A stretch of DNA of 52,355 nucleotides from an uncultured Polynucleobacter sp. (lineage in GTDB: Bacteria; Pseudomonadota; Gammaproteobacteria; Burkholderiales; Burkholderiaceae): the NCBI GenBank assembly GCA_937996825.1, contig CALKUJ010000337.1, positions 1 to 52,355 on the forward strand. Direction: 5' to 3'. The translations under genes and the position numbers were made by a program. Shown in pieces: positions 30,261 through 40,864 of the stretch. The number at the start of each line of letters is the position of its first letter. The first letter of the stretch is position 1. The notes beneath the pieces are model-generated. The model was not told the DNA's origin and made no database searches. It worked only from the letters and a program-made list of their open reading frames with translations.

Positions 30261-31297
30261 CACACAGACTCCTTGTAAGCATTCCAACGACGACTTGGTC
30301 TTTTTGCAACAGCATCTGCGATCGCTTTGATGTGGGCAGGCGTTGTACCACAGCAACCACCCACTAAATTCACCAAACCATCCTTAGAAAATTCATCTAA
30401 CAATCTGGATGTCATTTCTGGTGTTTCATCAAAGCCTGTATCACTCATAGGATTTGGCAATCCTGCATTGGGATAACAAGAAACGGCAACATCACATACT
30501 TTTGCCAATTCAGCAATGTAAGGGCGCATCAACGTTGCACCCAAAGCGCAATTAAGCCCAAACGTTAATGGCTTGGCGTGACGTAAGCTATTCCAAAATG
30601 CCTCAACAGTTTGCCCTGACAAAATTCTTCCTGATGCATCAGTCACCGTTCCAGAAATCATGATTGGCAGACGAACCTGTTGCTCTTCAAAAAACTCATC
30701 GATCGCAAACAAAGCAGCTTTTGCATTGAGCGTGTCAAAAATTGTTTCAACCAAAAACACATCTGCGCCACCCTCATACAAAGCTTCAACTTGCTCTTTG
30801 TAGGCTTGACGCAATTGCTCAAAAGTCACATTCCTAACAGCTGGGTCATTCACATCAGGAGAAATGCTGGCAGTTTTTGGCGTTGGACCTACGGCGCCCG
30901 CAACAAATCTTGGTTTGTCTGGCGTTGAAAATTCATCACAAGCTTGCTTGGCTAACTTGGCTGCAGCCAAATTCATTTCTCGGGCCAACTCAGGCATCTT
31001 GTAATCATCTTGCGCAATTGTGGTTGCGCCAAATGTGTTTGTTTCAATTAAATCCGCACCGGCCGCCAAATACTGACGATGAATATCCAAAATAATTTCA
31101 GGATGCGTGATGTTCAGTAATTCGTTATTGCCTTTTAAATCAATTTCATGATTTTCAAAACGAGTTAACTCTGGCAAACCGCGGTATTGCTGCTCATTTA
31201 ATTTGCGTTGTTGAATCATGGTGCCCATAGCACCATCCAAGACCAAAATTCGGTCATTTAATAATTGAGGCAAAACCGCGCCGCGGGTATAAAGCAT
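30260..31297 (-). CDS. Methionine synthase homocysteine-binding domain (separate subunit of split MetH)
   Basis: [23 protein letters not shown] and GGCCGTTP motifs. Confidence 0.95.
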   Translation of the reverse strand: MLYTRGAVLPQLLNDRILVLDGAMGTMIQQRKLNEQQYRGLPELTRFENHEIDLKGNNELLNITHPEIILDIHRQYLAAGADLIETNTFGATTIAQDDYKMPELAREMNLAAAKLAKQACDEFSTPDKPRFVAGAVGPTPKTASISPDVNDPAVRNVTFEQLRQAYKEQVEALYEGGADVFLVETIFDTLNAKAALFAIDEFFEEQQVRLPIMISGTVTDASGRILSGQTVEAFWNSLRHAKPLTFGLNCALGATLMRPYIAELAKVCDVAVSCYPNAGLPNPMSDTGFDETPEMTSRLLDEFSKDGLVNLVGGCCGTTPAHIKAIADAVAKRPSRRWNAYKESV

Positions 31298-31410
31298 AAG
31301 TAAAACTCTTATTTGGTCACAAATGATTGCGACAAATTGATTAAACCTATATTTTATCGGTATTACGTATATTTATCTGATTACATTAACTTTTTTATTT
31401 GGGGGTCACA

Positions 31411-31872
31411 ATGTTCGGAGCGATGCCAGATTTCAATCAAAGCCTAGAAATGTTCAAAACCATGTGGGGCAATTCACCCACCCCCGGCGATATGTCAGGC
31501 TTTGGGGCTGGGGTTGGAGGGGGTGCAGCCATGCCAACCTTGGATATTGAAGAGCTGGATAAGCGCATTCAAGACCTAAAAAGCGTTGAAAACTGGCTTC
31601 AACTCAATATGAATGTCTTGCGCAGCACCATTCAGGGATTAGAAGTTCAAAGGGCCACTTTGGCCGCTTTGAAGAGCTTTAGTGCCGCAATGACCCCAGA
31701 AGCATTGGCTGAGGCGACCAAAGCAGCCCAAAAAGCAGCCACTCAGGCAACCCAGGCTGCGACTGATATGGCCAGTGAAATGGCATCTGGCAGTTTTACG
31801 GGCAAGAAAACCTCAAAACCCCGTCAGAGCAAGCCTCGCGCCTCAAGTAGCCGCCGCGCCAAAGGTGATTAA
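31411..31872 (+). CDS. PhaM-like PHA granule-associated protein
   Basis: PTLD.EELDKRI.DL..VE.WL..N...L..TIQ.LEVQRATL..L motif and Ala/Lys-rich tail; ATG 31411 preferred over TTG 31399. Confidence 0.8.
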   Translation: MFGAMPDFNQSLEMFKTMWGNSPTPGDMSGFGAGVGGGAAMPTLDIEELDKRIQDLKSVENWLQLNMNVLRSTIQGLEVQRATLAALKSFSAAMTPEALAEATKAAQKAATQATQAATDMASEMASGSFTGKKTSKPRQSKPRASSSRRAKGD

Positions 31873-32854
31873 GATGGGCGATGGCTTCGCCCATCGCGAA
31901 AGTTAACTGGTGTAAATCTAAATCCCGCTTAAACAAAATCGGGACTAAATCCCTGGCACTTTGAGGGTTGTTCTTGCAAGCCGCCAAAGTGTCAGCCAAA
32001 CGATCTCTGTGGTGAGAATGAAGTTGTTCAATTCGCACATGAAGCCCCTTGAAGGGCTTTCCATGTGACGGCAAGACCAAAATATCCTCTGGCAAGCTCT
32101 TTAATGAGGTCAATGAATCCAAATAAAGCCCCAATGGATCAGCATCAGGCTCTGTATCAAAAACGCTGACGTTTGTTGAAATACGCGGCAAAACCATGTC
32201 CCCAGAAATCAAAGTTTGCGTTTGGACACACCACAAACATGCATGCTCGGGTGCATGCCCATAACCAACCAATACTTGCCAATCCTGCCCACCAATTTGA
32301 ATCAATTCTTGATTCATGATTCTTCTGAATCTTGGTGGCACCGAAGGAACCATGTTGCTGAAATAATTCGCTCTGGCTCTAATTTTTATTAAGTCGTCTT
32401 CATTCGCCAAACCATGACGTGCAAAATGATCTGCAGCACCGCCACCACCGGCCACCGATCCAAGCTCTGAACCCCTTGGGTCAGATAGCCATTTAGCTAA
32501 AACATAATCTGTCATCGTCATCCATAAAGGAGCTGACCATTTTTCAGATAACCAAGAAGCCAAACCAATGTGGTCGGGGTGCATGTGAGTAACAATGATT
32601 CTCACGATGGGTAAATTTTCTAACTCAGCATCAAAAATATTGAGCCATGCATCTTTGATTGTCTGGTTAGATACTCCACAATCCACCAAGGTCCAACCAT
32701 CTCGACCCTCAAAGCAATCCCTGATCAACCATAAATTGATGTGATCCAAGGCAAAAGGTAAGGGCATGCGCACCCATTTCAGACCAGCATGGATCATCTG
32801 GGTTGTACCAGTCTTGGGCATCTGATCATCAAACGGATAAATAATTTTTTGCAT
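31796..32854 (-). CDS. MBL-fold metallo-hydrolase
   Basis: THMHPDH, GHAPEH, SGD and LPSHG motifs. Confidence 0.9.
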   Translation of the reverse strand: MQKIIYPFDDQMPKTGTTQMIHAGLKWVRMPLPFALDHINLWLIRDCFEGRDGWTLVDCGVSNQTIKDAWLNIFDAELENLPIVRIIVTHMHPDHIGLASWLSEKWSAPLWMTMTDYVLAKWLSDPRGSELGSVAGGGGAADHFARHGLANEDDLIKIRARANYFSNMVPSVPPRFRRIMNQELIQIGGQDWQVLVGYGHAPEHACLWCVQTQTLISGDMVLPRISTNVSVFDTEPDADPLGLYLDSLTSLKSLPEDILVLPSHGKPFKGLHVRIEQLHSHHRDRLADTLAACKNNPQSARDLVPILFKRDLDLHQLTFAMGEAIAHLNHLWRGGYLRREACSDGVLRFSCP

Positions 32855-32984
32855 ACCAATTTGTAAGTTTTTTAAATTACCCTTAGAAACTACCTGTAAT
32901 ATTCACTTATCAACATCTGTGCCGCATTTTCAAGCTACATTTGTGACACATCATGATGTCTAACTAATAACGAAAACTAAGCTC

Positions 32985-33659
32985 ATGATCACATCAAACA
33001 ATCCTTATATTCTTAGCAAGCTTCTTGAGAATAATAAAGAGTGGGTTGACTCTGTCACTCAAAGCGATCCTGATTACTTTAGCAGACTTGTGCATCAACA
33101 AGCCCCTGAATATTTATGGATAGGCTGCTCAGACTCTCGAGTTCCTGCCAATCAGATCACTGGTCTAGCTCCAGGAGAGGTATTTGTTCACCGTAACATT
33201 GCTAATGTGGTCGTTCACACTGATCTCAACGCACTATCAGTGATTCAATTCGCCGTTGATCAAATCAAGGTCAAACACATCATCGTGGTTGGTCACTATG
33301 GTTGCTCAGGTGTGAAGGCAGTACAAAAAAAAGCGCGCATTGGTTTGGCTGATAACTGGATCAGGCACGTTCAAGATGTTCAAGATAAACATGGCAAGTA
33401 TTTAGGACAGGTCTTGAAAGAAACGGATCGATTCGATAAATTATGCGAATTGAATGTGATTGAGCAAGTGATGAACGTTTGCCAAACCACCAGTGTTCAA
33501 GATGCCTGGGCAAAAAATCAAGAGGTCACTGTGCACGGCTGGATTTATGATCTAAAAGATGGCCAAGTACGAGACCTTGGCATCAGCATCAAAAATGCCA
33601 ATGAGTTAGATACCCGCTACCAAACAATCCTAGAAAAAAATTATCCGAAAAGTGAATAA
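32985..33659 (+). CDS. can: Beta-class carbonic anhydrase
   Basis: WIGCSDSRVP, FVHRNIAN and GHYGC motifs. Confidence 0.96.
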   Translation: MITSNNPYILSKLLENNKEWVDSVTQSDPDYFSRLVHQQAPEYLWIGCSDSRVPANQITGLAPGEVFVHRNIANVVVHTDLNALSVIQFAVDQIKVKHIIVVGHYGCSGVKAVQKKARIGLADNWIRHVQDVQDKHGKYLGQVLKETDRFDKLCELNVIEQVMNVCQTTSVQDAWAKNQEVTVHGWIYDLKDGQVRDLGISIKNANELDTRYQTILEKNYPKSE

Positions 33660-33846
33660 GCCAGAGCCCATTAAGCGTCCGGAGTCACCTTGCATCAATT
33701 TATGCACCATGGATGATGAAGACCTCTACTGTCTAGGATGCCATCGAACACTTGATGAGATTGCTCTTTGGTCAAGTCTTGATCAAGAGGAAAAAGAATC
33801 AGTTTGGCAACTTCTTGAAAAACGCTCAAACTTAAAATCCAAATAA
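33652..33846 (+). CDS. DUF1289 (YdhL-like, putative Fe-S) protein
   Basis: SPCINLC...CLGCHRTLDEI..W motif; GTG start overlapping the can stop. Confidence 0.85.
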   Translation: MNKPEPIKRPESPCINLCTMDDEDLYCLGCHRTLDEIALWSSLDQEEKESVWQLLEKRSNLKSK

Positions 33847-33860
33847 CCATCTAAAACAAC

Positions 33861-33894
33861 TTGGCCCCACCTACCAAATAGTAGATGGGGCCAA
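33861..33894. terminator. Hairpin terminator between convergent genes
   Basis: TTGGCCCCA-C-CTAC...GTAG-A-TGGGGCCAA stem with T-rich flanks. Confidence 0.7.
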
Positions 33895-33928
33895 AGTTTA
33901 TTTAAAGCTGTTTAATTAACTTAAAAAA

Positions 33929-34912
33929 TTAATCTGCGTAAACGCCAGCCTTCTTGATGATTGGTGACCACAAATCAATTTGAGCTTTCAAATGAGCTTT
34001 GTGACCAGCTGGGCTTGCATTCTTAGCATTAGGAATGTTTGCGCCTAACTCAGCCATTTTTGCTTTGTAGCCAGCATCATTGATACCTGCTTGAAGAGCA
34101 GCAGAAATCTTATCTGTTGCATCCTTAGGAGTTCCCTTTGGCGCATAAACACCGTGCCAAACGTTCACTTCAAAGTTCTTCAAACCTTGCTCATGCAATG
34201 TTGGAATATCTTTGAATGCAGCAATACGTTGCAAGGTTGTTGCACCGTAAGACTTCACTGCACCAGCTTTTAATTGACCAGCCAAATTAGTTGTTTGATC
34301 ACACATCAATTGAACTTGACCACCCAACAAATCTGTCAATGCAGGAGCAGTTCCTTTGTATGGCACTGTTGTCATATCGATCTGAATCGTGCTCATGAAC
34401 AACAATCCACAAAGGTGTGATGCTGAACCGATACCAGCATTCGCGTAAGCAACTTTAGTTCCATTGGCTTTAATGTAAGCCAATAGTTCTGTTAAGTTCT
34501 TAGCTGGTAAATCTTTGTTAGCAACCATGATCATTGGCACATCTGCCACTTGACCTAGGTGCTCAAAATCTGTCATTGGATCGTAGCCCAAGTTTTTATA
34601 CAAAGCTGGAGCTGTTGACATACCAATGTGATGAATCAACACGGTATAACCATCTTTAGGTGCATTCATTACTTTTTTAGCTGCAATCGTGCCGCCAGCG
34701 CCTGGCGAGTTATCAACAATCACCTGCTGCTTTAAAGTCTTACCCATTGCTAGGGCGATTTCGCGAGCAACTTTGTCAGTTGGGCCACCAGCAGCAAATG
34801 GAACCACCATGGTAATTGGCTTGTCAGCTGGGAATGCTGCATGTGCACCAGCAGAAAGGCTGCCAGCGATAATACCTACTGCCAACATGGCATGACGAAT
34901 ACTTTTCTTCAT
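33929..34912 (-). CDS. Bug/TctC-family tripartite tricarboxylate transporter substrate-binding protein
   Basis: FP.KPIT.VVPFAAGGPTD, N.PGAGG, PKDGYT and PYKG motifs; start ATG 34912 preceded by GGAG. Confidence 0.93.
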   Translation of the reverse strand: MKKSIRHAMLAVGIIAGSLSAGAHAAFPADKPITMVVPFAAGGPTDKVAREIALAMGKTLKQQVIVDNSPGAGGTIAAKKVMNAPKDGYTVLIHHIGMSTAPALYKNLGYDPMTDFEHLGQVADVPMIMVANKDLPAKNLTELLAYIKANGTKVAYANAGIGSASHLCGLLFMSTIQIDMTTVPYKGTAPALTDLLGGQVQLMCDQTTNLAGQLKAGAVKSYGATTLQRIAAFKDIPTLHEQGLKNFEVNVWHGVYAPKGTPKDATDKISAALQAGINDAGYKAKMAELGANIPNAKNASPAGHKAHLKAQIDLWSPIIKKAGVYAD

Positions 34913-35100
34913 AATATCTCCTATATGGTTGTTGCCGTAAAAGAAGCAAATCAACAACGCAATTGTAAGGAATTATTAAGAAAAGTCACTAATGGTCACT
35001 CCTGGACCCACTGGTATTTACCCTAGTGAATATGGCTGAGAGCCCCTATTCTAGGGCTTTAGCAGACTTAAAACCCATAATTTACTTAAGGGATTTATTC

Positions 35101-35523
35101 TTAAAATGTCATGGTGATTAGATGGTCGGATGTAATCGTGACTTTTTCTTTAATGGCACGTTTAGCAATTTTTAAGACTTGCTTATCTTTACTGATCAAA
35201 GCACACGGTCTGAGGCTGTAGGCCAAATTAATGAAAACTTGATCATCTCGATCTTTACATTTCCAAGGTGCTTGGCAAAGCTCATCATCAGAAACCATCC
35301 TGGCCCATTTTTTCCATTGTTCACTGATGCGATCTTGCTGATCTTTATCGAGAGAAAATTGCTCGCGCCCAATAACGTCTAAGAATTCTGCAAAAGTTTT
35401 TTCTGTGGCAACTGCGTCCAGTTGCTTTGCATCAAGAGCTGCCCGCAAAGGATGGGCTCGTTCATCATCAAATACCAAAATGTCTAAAAGAATATTGGTA
35501 TCTAAAACAATGATTGGCTTCAC
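35101..35523 (-). CDS. PIN-domain protein
   Basis: [15 protein letters not shown] and LISKDK motifs; GTGA overlap with the glmS stop. Confidence 0.85.
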   Translation of the reverse strand: MKPIIVLDTNILLDILVFDDERAHPLRAALDAKQLDAVATEKTFAEFLDVIGREQFSLDKDQQDRISEQWKKWARMVSDDELCQAPWKCKDRDDQVFINLAYSLRPCALISKDKQVLKIAKRAIKEKVTITSDHLITMTF

Positions 35524-37340
35524 TCCACCGTCACCGATTTTGCGAGATTGCGCGGCTTATCAACATCAGTACCTCTTGCACATGCCGTATGGTAGGCCAG
35601 CAATTGCAGAGGAATGACGTGCAAAATTGGTGATAAGTCGCCATAGTGCTCAGGCATTCGAATCACATGGATACCATCTTCAGCGCGTATTTGTGTATCA
35701 CTGTCTGCAAAGACAAATAACTTTCCGCCACGCGCTTTTACTTCTTGCATATTCGACTTGAGCTTCTCGAGCAATGCATCATTGGGCGCCACTGTTACTA
35801 CTGGCATTTGCTCAGTGACCAAGGCCAATGGTCCATGCTTCAATTCTCCCGCGGGGTAGGCTTCAGCATGTATATAAGAAATTTCTTTTAACTTAAGGGC
35901 ACCCTCAAGTGCGATTGGATAGTGAAGTCCGCGCCCCAAAAATAAAGCGTTTTCACATTGAGCAAAAATTTCGCTCCACGCAATGATTTGTGGTTCAAGG
36001 GCTAGCACTGCATGAATGGCTGAAGGAAGGTGACGCAAATGATTGAAAGCATTGCGCTCTTGTTCAACAGTTAAACATTGTTTGTTTTTTGCCAAGGTCA
36101 AGGCCAATAAGTAAAGCCCCACCAATTGAGTCGTGAAGGCTTTGGTTGAAGCCACACCGATCTCTGTTCCAGCATGCGTTAGAAATTGATACTTTGTTTC
36201 TCGAACCATGGCACTGGTCGCCACGTTACAAACTGCCAAGGTCTGTTGATGACCCAAAGATTGTGCATGTCTTAGGGCAGCCAACGTATCCGCAGTTTCT
36301 CCTGATTGAGAAACCACTACTACCAAGGAACGTGGATTGGGTACTGTTTTGCGATATCTGTATTCACTAGCAATCTCAACCTGGGTTGAAATACCTGCCA
36401 CATCTTCAATCCAATATTTAGCGGTGCTTGCTGCGTAATAACTGGTGCCACAAGCCAAAATCAAAACACTGTCAATATTCTTCCAATCAACCTCGGTTGC
36501 GCCAAACAAACTCAACTCAGCAGACTCTGCATGACCCAAGGTATCTGCTACAGCTCTTGGTTGTTCAAAAATCTCTTTTTGCATATAGTGCTGATATGGG
36601 CCTAAATCAACCTCAGCGCTTTGAGTTGGCACTGGCTTTTTAGTTCGCTCTTGAACTTTGCCAGTCACATCGGTGATGATGACTTGATCTGTTGTCAAAA
36701 CAGCAATATCACCCTCTTCTAAATACGCCATCATGCTGGCATGATCAGACACAGCTAAAGCATCTGAAGCCAAAAAGTTTTCTTGTGCACCGTAAGCAAC
36801 CACCAATGGCGAGCCAACCCTTGCTCCAACCAATAAGCCCGGTGCATCCTTAGCAATCACGGCGATGGCATAAGCCCCATGAAGCTTTGGTACCACGGCT
36901 TGAACAGCTTTTGCCAAATCTCTTACAGACATTTTGATATAGGTCTGATGAATCAAATGTGCAATCACTTCGGTGTCTGTTTGAGACGCAAACACATAGC
37001 CCGCTGCTTTTAATTCTTCGCGCAAGCTCTCATAGTTTTCAATGATGCCGTTGTGCACCAAACCAATCAAATCGCCTGAAAAGTGTGGGTGAGCATTAAC
37101 AGTGTCTGGTTTACCGTGTGTGGCCCAACGCGTGTGAGCGATGCCAACGTTACCCGACATGGCTTGACCTTGATCAGCCAAATCAGCAACACGTGCAGTG
37201 GTGCGTGCGCGCACCAATTCTTGACCACTCAATAAAGCAAAGCCACAAGAATCGTAGCCACGATACTCGAGTCGGCGCAGACCTTCGACCAAAATACTGA
37301 CCACATTTTTTTTAGAAACTGCACCTACGATCCCGCACAT
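35520..37340 (-). CDS. glmS: Glutamine-fructose-6-phosphate transaminase
   Basis: [20 protein letters not shown] and [11 protein letters not shown] motifs. Confidence 0.98.
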   Translation of the reverse strand: MCGIVGAVSKKNVVSILVEGLRRLEYRGYDSCGFALLSGQELVRARTTARVADLADQGQAMSGNVGIAHTRWATHGKPDTVNAHPHFSGDLIGLVHNGIIENYESLREELKAAGYVFASQTDTEVIAHLIHQTYIKMSVRDLAKAVQAVVPKLHGAYAIAVIAKDAPGLLVGARVGSPLVVAYGAQENFLASDALAVSDHASMMAYLEEGDIAVLTTDQVIITDVTGKVQERTKKPVPTQSAEVDLGPYQHYMQKEIFEQPRAVADTLGHAESAELSLFGATEVDWKNIDSVLILACGTSYYAASTAKYWIEDVAGISTQVEIASEYRYRKTVPNPRSLVVVVSQSGETADTLAALRHAQSLGHQQTLAVCNVATSAMVRETKYQFLTHAGTEIGVASTKAFTTQLVGLYLLALTLAKNKQCLTVEQERNAFNHLRHLPSAIHAVLALEPQIIAWSEIFAQCENALFLGRGLHYPIALEGALKLKEISYIHAEAYPAGELKHGPLALVTEQMPVVTVAPNDALLEKLKSNMQEVKARGGKLFVFADSDTQIRAEDGIHVIRMPEHYGDLSPILHVIPLQLLAYHTACARGTDVDKPRNLAKSVTVE

Positions 37341-37374
37341 GATTTTTCCTATTTACCAATACTTAGATAAGTAT

Positions 37375-38742
37375 TTACTTAGATTTCTTTGTGGGCCTTT
37401 GCCAATTCAATGAGATTTGCTTAACCCTTGTTACCGTCAATTGATTAGCTGGCGCATCTTTTGTCAATGTTGTGCCAGCGCCCAAGGTCGCACCTTTACC
37501 AACCGTGACTGGAGCTACCAACTGAGTATCGGAACCAATGAATGCCTCATCTTCAATGATGGTGCGATGCTTGTTCACGCCATCGTAGTTGCATGTGATC
37601 GTTCCAGCACCAATATTGACTTTCTTACCAATGGTGGCATCGCCCACATAAGCCAAATGATTGGCTTTACTGTGTGATCCAACATCACTATTTTTAATTT
37701 CAACAAAGTTACCCACATGCACCTCTTCGGCAAGTACTGTGCCTGGGCGCAATCGTGCATAAGGTCCAATCACACTGCCAGCACCGACTGTTGCTTGATC
37801 AATATGAGTGAACGCTTGAATCTTGACATTGGCATCAATCACAGCGTCTTTGATCACGCAATGGGGGCCAACAGACACTCCCGAACCAAGCACAACCTTG
37901 CCCTCAAAGACGCAACCAATATCAATTTGAACATCTGTACCGCATTGAAGTTCTCCGCGAATATCGATGCGAGATGGATCTAATAAGGTGACACCTGCCT
38001 CCAATAAACGATTGGCCAATTCACGTTGCCAAACTCGCTCTAAGTCAGCAAGCTGAGCGCGACTGTTAACGCCGACCGTTTCCCAATCATTCTTGGCTTG
38101 AGTTGTATAAACCGGGACGCCCTCAGCAACCGCCAAAGCAATCACATCGGTCAAGTAATACTCGCCTTGCGCATTATTTGGTTTTAATTGCTTTAACCAA
38201 TGTTTTAACTTCTCGGTAGGCAAAGCCATGAAGCCAGTATTAATTTCAGTGATTTGACGAATCTCTGCACTGGCATCCTTTTCTTCAACAATGCCAGATA
38301 CATCGCCATCCTGATTGCGCAGAATTCGACCGTACCCTGTTGGATTTGCCATGTTTTGAGTCAACAAACCAAGACCGCCAGACTTTGCCAATCGCGTTAA
38401 TTGCTCAAGAGTCTCTGTTTGTATCAGTGGCACATCACCATAAAGAATCAATGTGACCGGATCATCAGATAATTGATCGCAGGCCTGCAAAACAGCATGA
38501 CCGGTGCCTTTTTGCTCTGACTGAAGTGCTGTTTTGACTTGAAAAGCTGCTTTTGAGAGGAATTCTTGAACAAATTCACCGCCATGCCCCAGAACCAGGA
38601 TGGTTTGATGATCACCTTCCAAGGCCTTGGCACTGGTGAGCACGTGCTCAAGCATTGGCCGACCGGCGATTGGATGGAGCACCTTGGGTAGCGTTGATCG
38701 CATGCGCTTTCCCTGTCCAGCAGCTAATATGACGATATTCAT
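37375..38742 (-). CDS. glmU: Bifunctional UDP-GlcNAc pyrophosphorylase / GlcN-1-P acetyltransferase
   Basis: [18 protein letters not shown], hexapeptide repeats and CNYDG. Confidence 0.98.
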   Translation of the reverse strand: MNIVILAAGQGKRMRSTLPKVLHPIAGRPMLEHVLTSAKALEGDHQTILVLGHGGEFVQEFLSKAAFQVKTALQSEQKGTGHAVLQACDQLSDDPVTLILYGDVPLIQTETLEQLTRLAKSGGLGLLTQNMANPTGYGRILRNQDGDVSGIVEEKDASAEIRQITEINTGFMALPTEKLKHWLKQLKPNNAQGEYYLTDVIALAVAEGVPVYTTQAKNDWETVGVNSRAQLADLERVWQRELANRLLEAGVTLLDPSRIDIRGELQCGTDVQIDIGCVFEGKVVLGSGVSVGPHCVIKDAVIDANVKIQAFTHIDQATVGAGSVIGPYARLRPGTVLAEEVHVGNFVEIKNSDVGSHSKANHLAYVGDATIGKKVNIGAGTITCNYDGVNKHRTIIEDEAFIGSDTQLVAPVTVGKGATLGAGTTLTKDAPANQLTVTRVKQISLNWQRPTKKSK

Positions 38743-38755
38743 TAATAATAATTAT

Positions 38756-39673
38756 ATGAGCTTATCTAAACCTCTCCAAACTATCAAAATAACGGTCATT
38801 GGCTGTTTATTTTTGCTGATCACTGCCTGCAGTGCGGTGAGGTTTGTCTACAACCAGGGCGACACTCTGGTCAGATGGTGGATTGACGATCATATTGGCT
38901 TAAACGCAGAGCAAGAAATTCTGACTCGTGAGCTCTTGGAGCAACAATTTTGGTGGCATCGCACAGAACAACTGGCTGATATTTCGAAAACATTGGAGAA
39001 GTTGCGCCTTCAGCTCAAACGCCCACTCTCTTCCGATGAGGTCAATCAGTTTTCCGAAGATCTCAAAAAGTTCATTTACGCCATTGCCAAAAAAACAACC
39101 CCAGATGCTGCAAAGATTTTTACTACTTTACAAAGCAATCAAATCGATGCAATGCAAAAGAGAATGCAAAAGGGCAATGAAAAGTTTGTAAAAGAGTGGC
39201 TACCGCCAAATATAGAAAAACAAAACAAAGTCCGCGCGGATAAAGTGATTGATCGTGTCGAATGGCTATTTGGCAGTATCAATAAAGAGCAAGAAGAAAA
39301 AATCAGGCAGCACATCAAAAATAATCCATTAGATATGAACATGGTTTATCAAGAACGTCTGCGACGTCAAAAAGATTTAATCAAAATTGCTAGAACGATT
39401 CATCAAAATAAATTAAATCAGCAACAAGCCGAAGAGCTACTGACGGTTTATATGAAGAATTTTGAATACGGCACAACAAAAGAGCAACAAGAGTTCGGCA
39501 AAAGAAGAAATGCTCTGGGAGTGCAACTGAGTGTATTTATCACTCAGATCATGAATGATGAACAAAGAAAATACGCCAGCGGTCGAGTTGAAACTTGGGC
39601 CCTGGATGTTCAAGAGCTCATCAAAGAGTCATCTGTATTGGCTGCCAAGCGTTCTGCTCTGCAGAATCGCTAG
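38756..39673 (+). CDS. Helical lipoprotein (DUF6279-like)
   Basis: Lipobox ITAC, YN..D...WW.D and WHR.EQL motifs; start moved to ATG 38756 to avoid overlap with glmU. Confidence 0.75.
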   Translation: MSLSKPLQTIKITVIGCLFLLITACSAVRFVYNQGDTLVRWWIDDHIGLNAEQEILTRELLEQQFWWHRTEQLADISKTLEKLRLQLKRPLSSDEVNQFSEDLKKFIYAIAKKTTPDAAKIFTTLQSNQIDAMQKRMQKGNEKFVKEWLPPNIEKQNKVRADKVIDRVEWLFGSINKEQEEKIRQHIKNNPLDMNMVYQERLRRQKDLIKIARTIHQNKLNQQQAEELLTVYMKNFEYGTTKEQQEFGKRRNALGVQLSVFITQIMNDEQRKYASGRVETWALDVQELIKESSVLAAKRSALQNR

Positions 39674-40472
39674 AGCTTGCATCCTGGCTTAAATCTTTAA
39701 AATCAAACTGGGTCGCATCCATCAAATGTGATGGCACCACATTTTGAATAGAGCTGAATAAACTTTCTACGCGACCAGGATATTTCTTTTCCCACTCCTT
39801 GATCAAGGCTTTCATGGCATTACGCTGAAGATTCTCTTGGCTGCCGCACAAGTTACAAGGAATGATTGGAAAATCCATCTGCGCAGCATATCTTTCGAGA
39901 TAACTCTCTGGCACATATGCCAACGGCCTGATCACGATGTGCTTCCCATCATCGGACTTTAACTTTGGCGGCATGCCTTTTAATTTTCCGCCATGAAACA
40001 TATTCATCAGCAATGTTTCAATGATGTCATCACGATGATGGCCCAGCGCAATCTTGGTAACCCCAAGCTCACCAGCCACTCTGTACAAGATGCCACGTCT
40101 TAAGCGAGAGCAAAGACCACAAGTTGTTTTACCTTCAGGAATCACACGCTTCACAATGCCATAGGTATCTTGGTCTTCAATGTGATACTGAACACCTAAT
40201 TTTTTAAAATAATTGGGCAAGGTTTCTTTTGGAAAGCCCGGTTGGTTTTGATCAAGATTAACGGCTACCAAGTCAAAATTGATCGGTGCACGCTCTTTCA
40301 ATTTCATCAAAATATCGAGCATGGCATAACTGTCTTTACCACCAGACATACAAACCATGACCTTATCGCCATCCTCAATCATGTTGTAATCAACAATGGC
40401 TTGTCCTGCTAGACGGCAAAGCTTTTTGTCTAGCTTATTTTCTTCGTAGGCTATTTTGCGCGGATCTTTCAT
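39621..40472 (-). CDS. ttcA: tRNA 2-thiocytidine(32) synthetase
   Basis: [23 protein letters not shown] and PCNLCGSQ motifs. Confidence 0.97.
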   Translation of the reverse strand: MKDPRKIAYEENKLDKKLCRLAGQAIVDYNMIEDGDKVMVCMSGGKDSYAMLDILMKLKERAPINFDLVAVNLDQNQPGFPKETLPNYFKKLGVQYHIEDQDTYGIVKRVIPEGKTTCGLCSRLRRGILYRVAGELGVTKIALGHHRDDIIETLLMNMFHGGKLKGMPPKLKSDDGKHIVIRPLAYVPESYLERYAAQMDFPIIPCNLCGSQENLQRNAMKALIKEWEKKYPGRVESLFSSIQNVVPSHLMDATQFDFKDLSQDASSSDSAEQNAWQPIQMTL

Positions 40473-40861
40473 TCTTTTATCAAGAAAATTTCAACACCAA
40501 CTGCTTCACAATCAGGATACACATCTGGCTTTGCAGTTGAAACTTTAACGGCTCTCACATTTGGATGAGCCAACATGATTTTCGCCACATCATCACACAA
40601 TGTTTCTTGAAGATGTATGTGTCCTCTAGAAACTCTTTCTAAAATACTTTGGCGCATGAAATCATAATCAACCACTTCATCAAGACTATCTTTTGATGGG
40701 GTGTTTTCAACCAAAGGCACGAATAAATCAACATTGATTAAAACGCGCTGCTCGCCACGCTTCTCAAAGTCATGGACTCCAATATTGATGTAAACCTCGT
40801 AATTGCTCAAAAATAATCTTCGGCAATCCATCAGGCGAGGGTGGGATAACAATGCTTGCAT
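40469..40861 (-). CDS. folB: Dihydroneopterin aldolase
   Basis: IGVHDFE...Q, VVDY, LQETL and KPD motifs. Confidence 0.9.
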   Translation of the reverse strand: MQALLSHPRLMDCRRLFLSNYEVYINIGVHDFEKRGEQRVLINVDLFVPLVENTPSKDSLDEVVDYDFMRQSILERVSRGHIHLQETLCDDVAKIMLAHPNVRAVKVSTAKPDVYPDCEAVGVEIFLIKE

Positions 40862-40864
40862 AAT

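Noticed and set aside
30250-30280. metH frameshift pseudogene
   Set aside because: The break falls at a domain boundary with TGATG coupling and an SD, and both halves keep their catalytic motifs.
31298-31410. Cobalamin or SAM riboswitch upstream of metH
   Set aside because: The region is short and AT-rich with no B12-box or SAM aptamer motifs that I can recognise.
34958-35523. Tn7-like insertion or VapBC pair downstream of glmS
   Set aside because: There are no Tn7 ends, tns genes or antitoxin ORF.
37341-37374. glmS ribozyme
   Set aside because: Only 34 nt separate glmU and glmS, too short for the ribozyme.
38627-38755. N-terminal extensions in the ORF track overlapping divergent or upstream genes (also 41571-41690, 30261-30356, 11992-12075)
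   Set aside because: They are longest-ORF artefacts; downstream ATGs fit the family N-termini and promoter or SD signals better.
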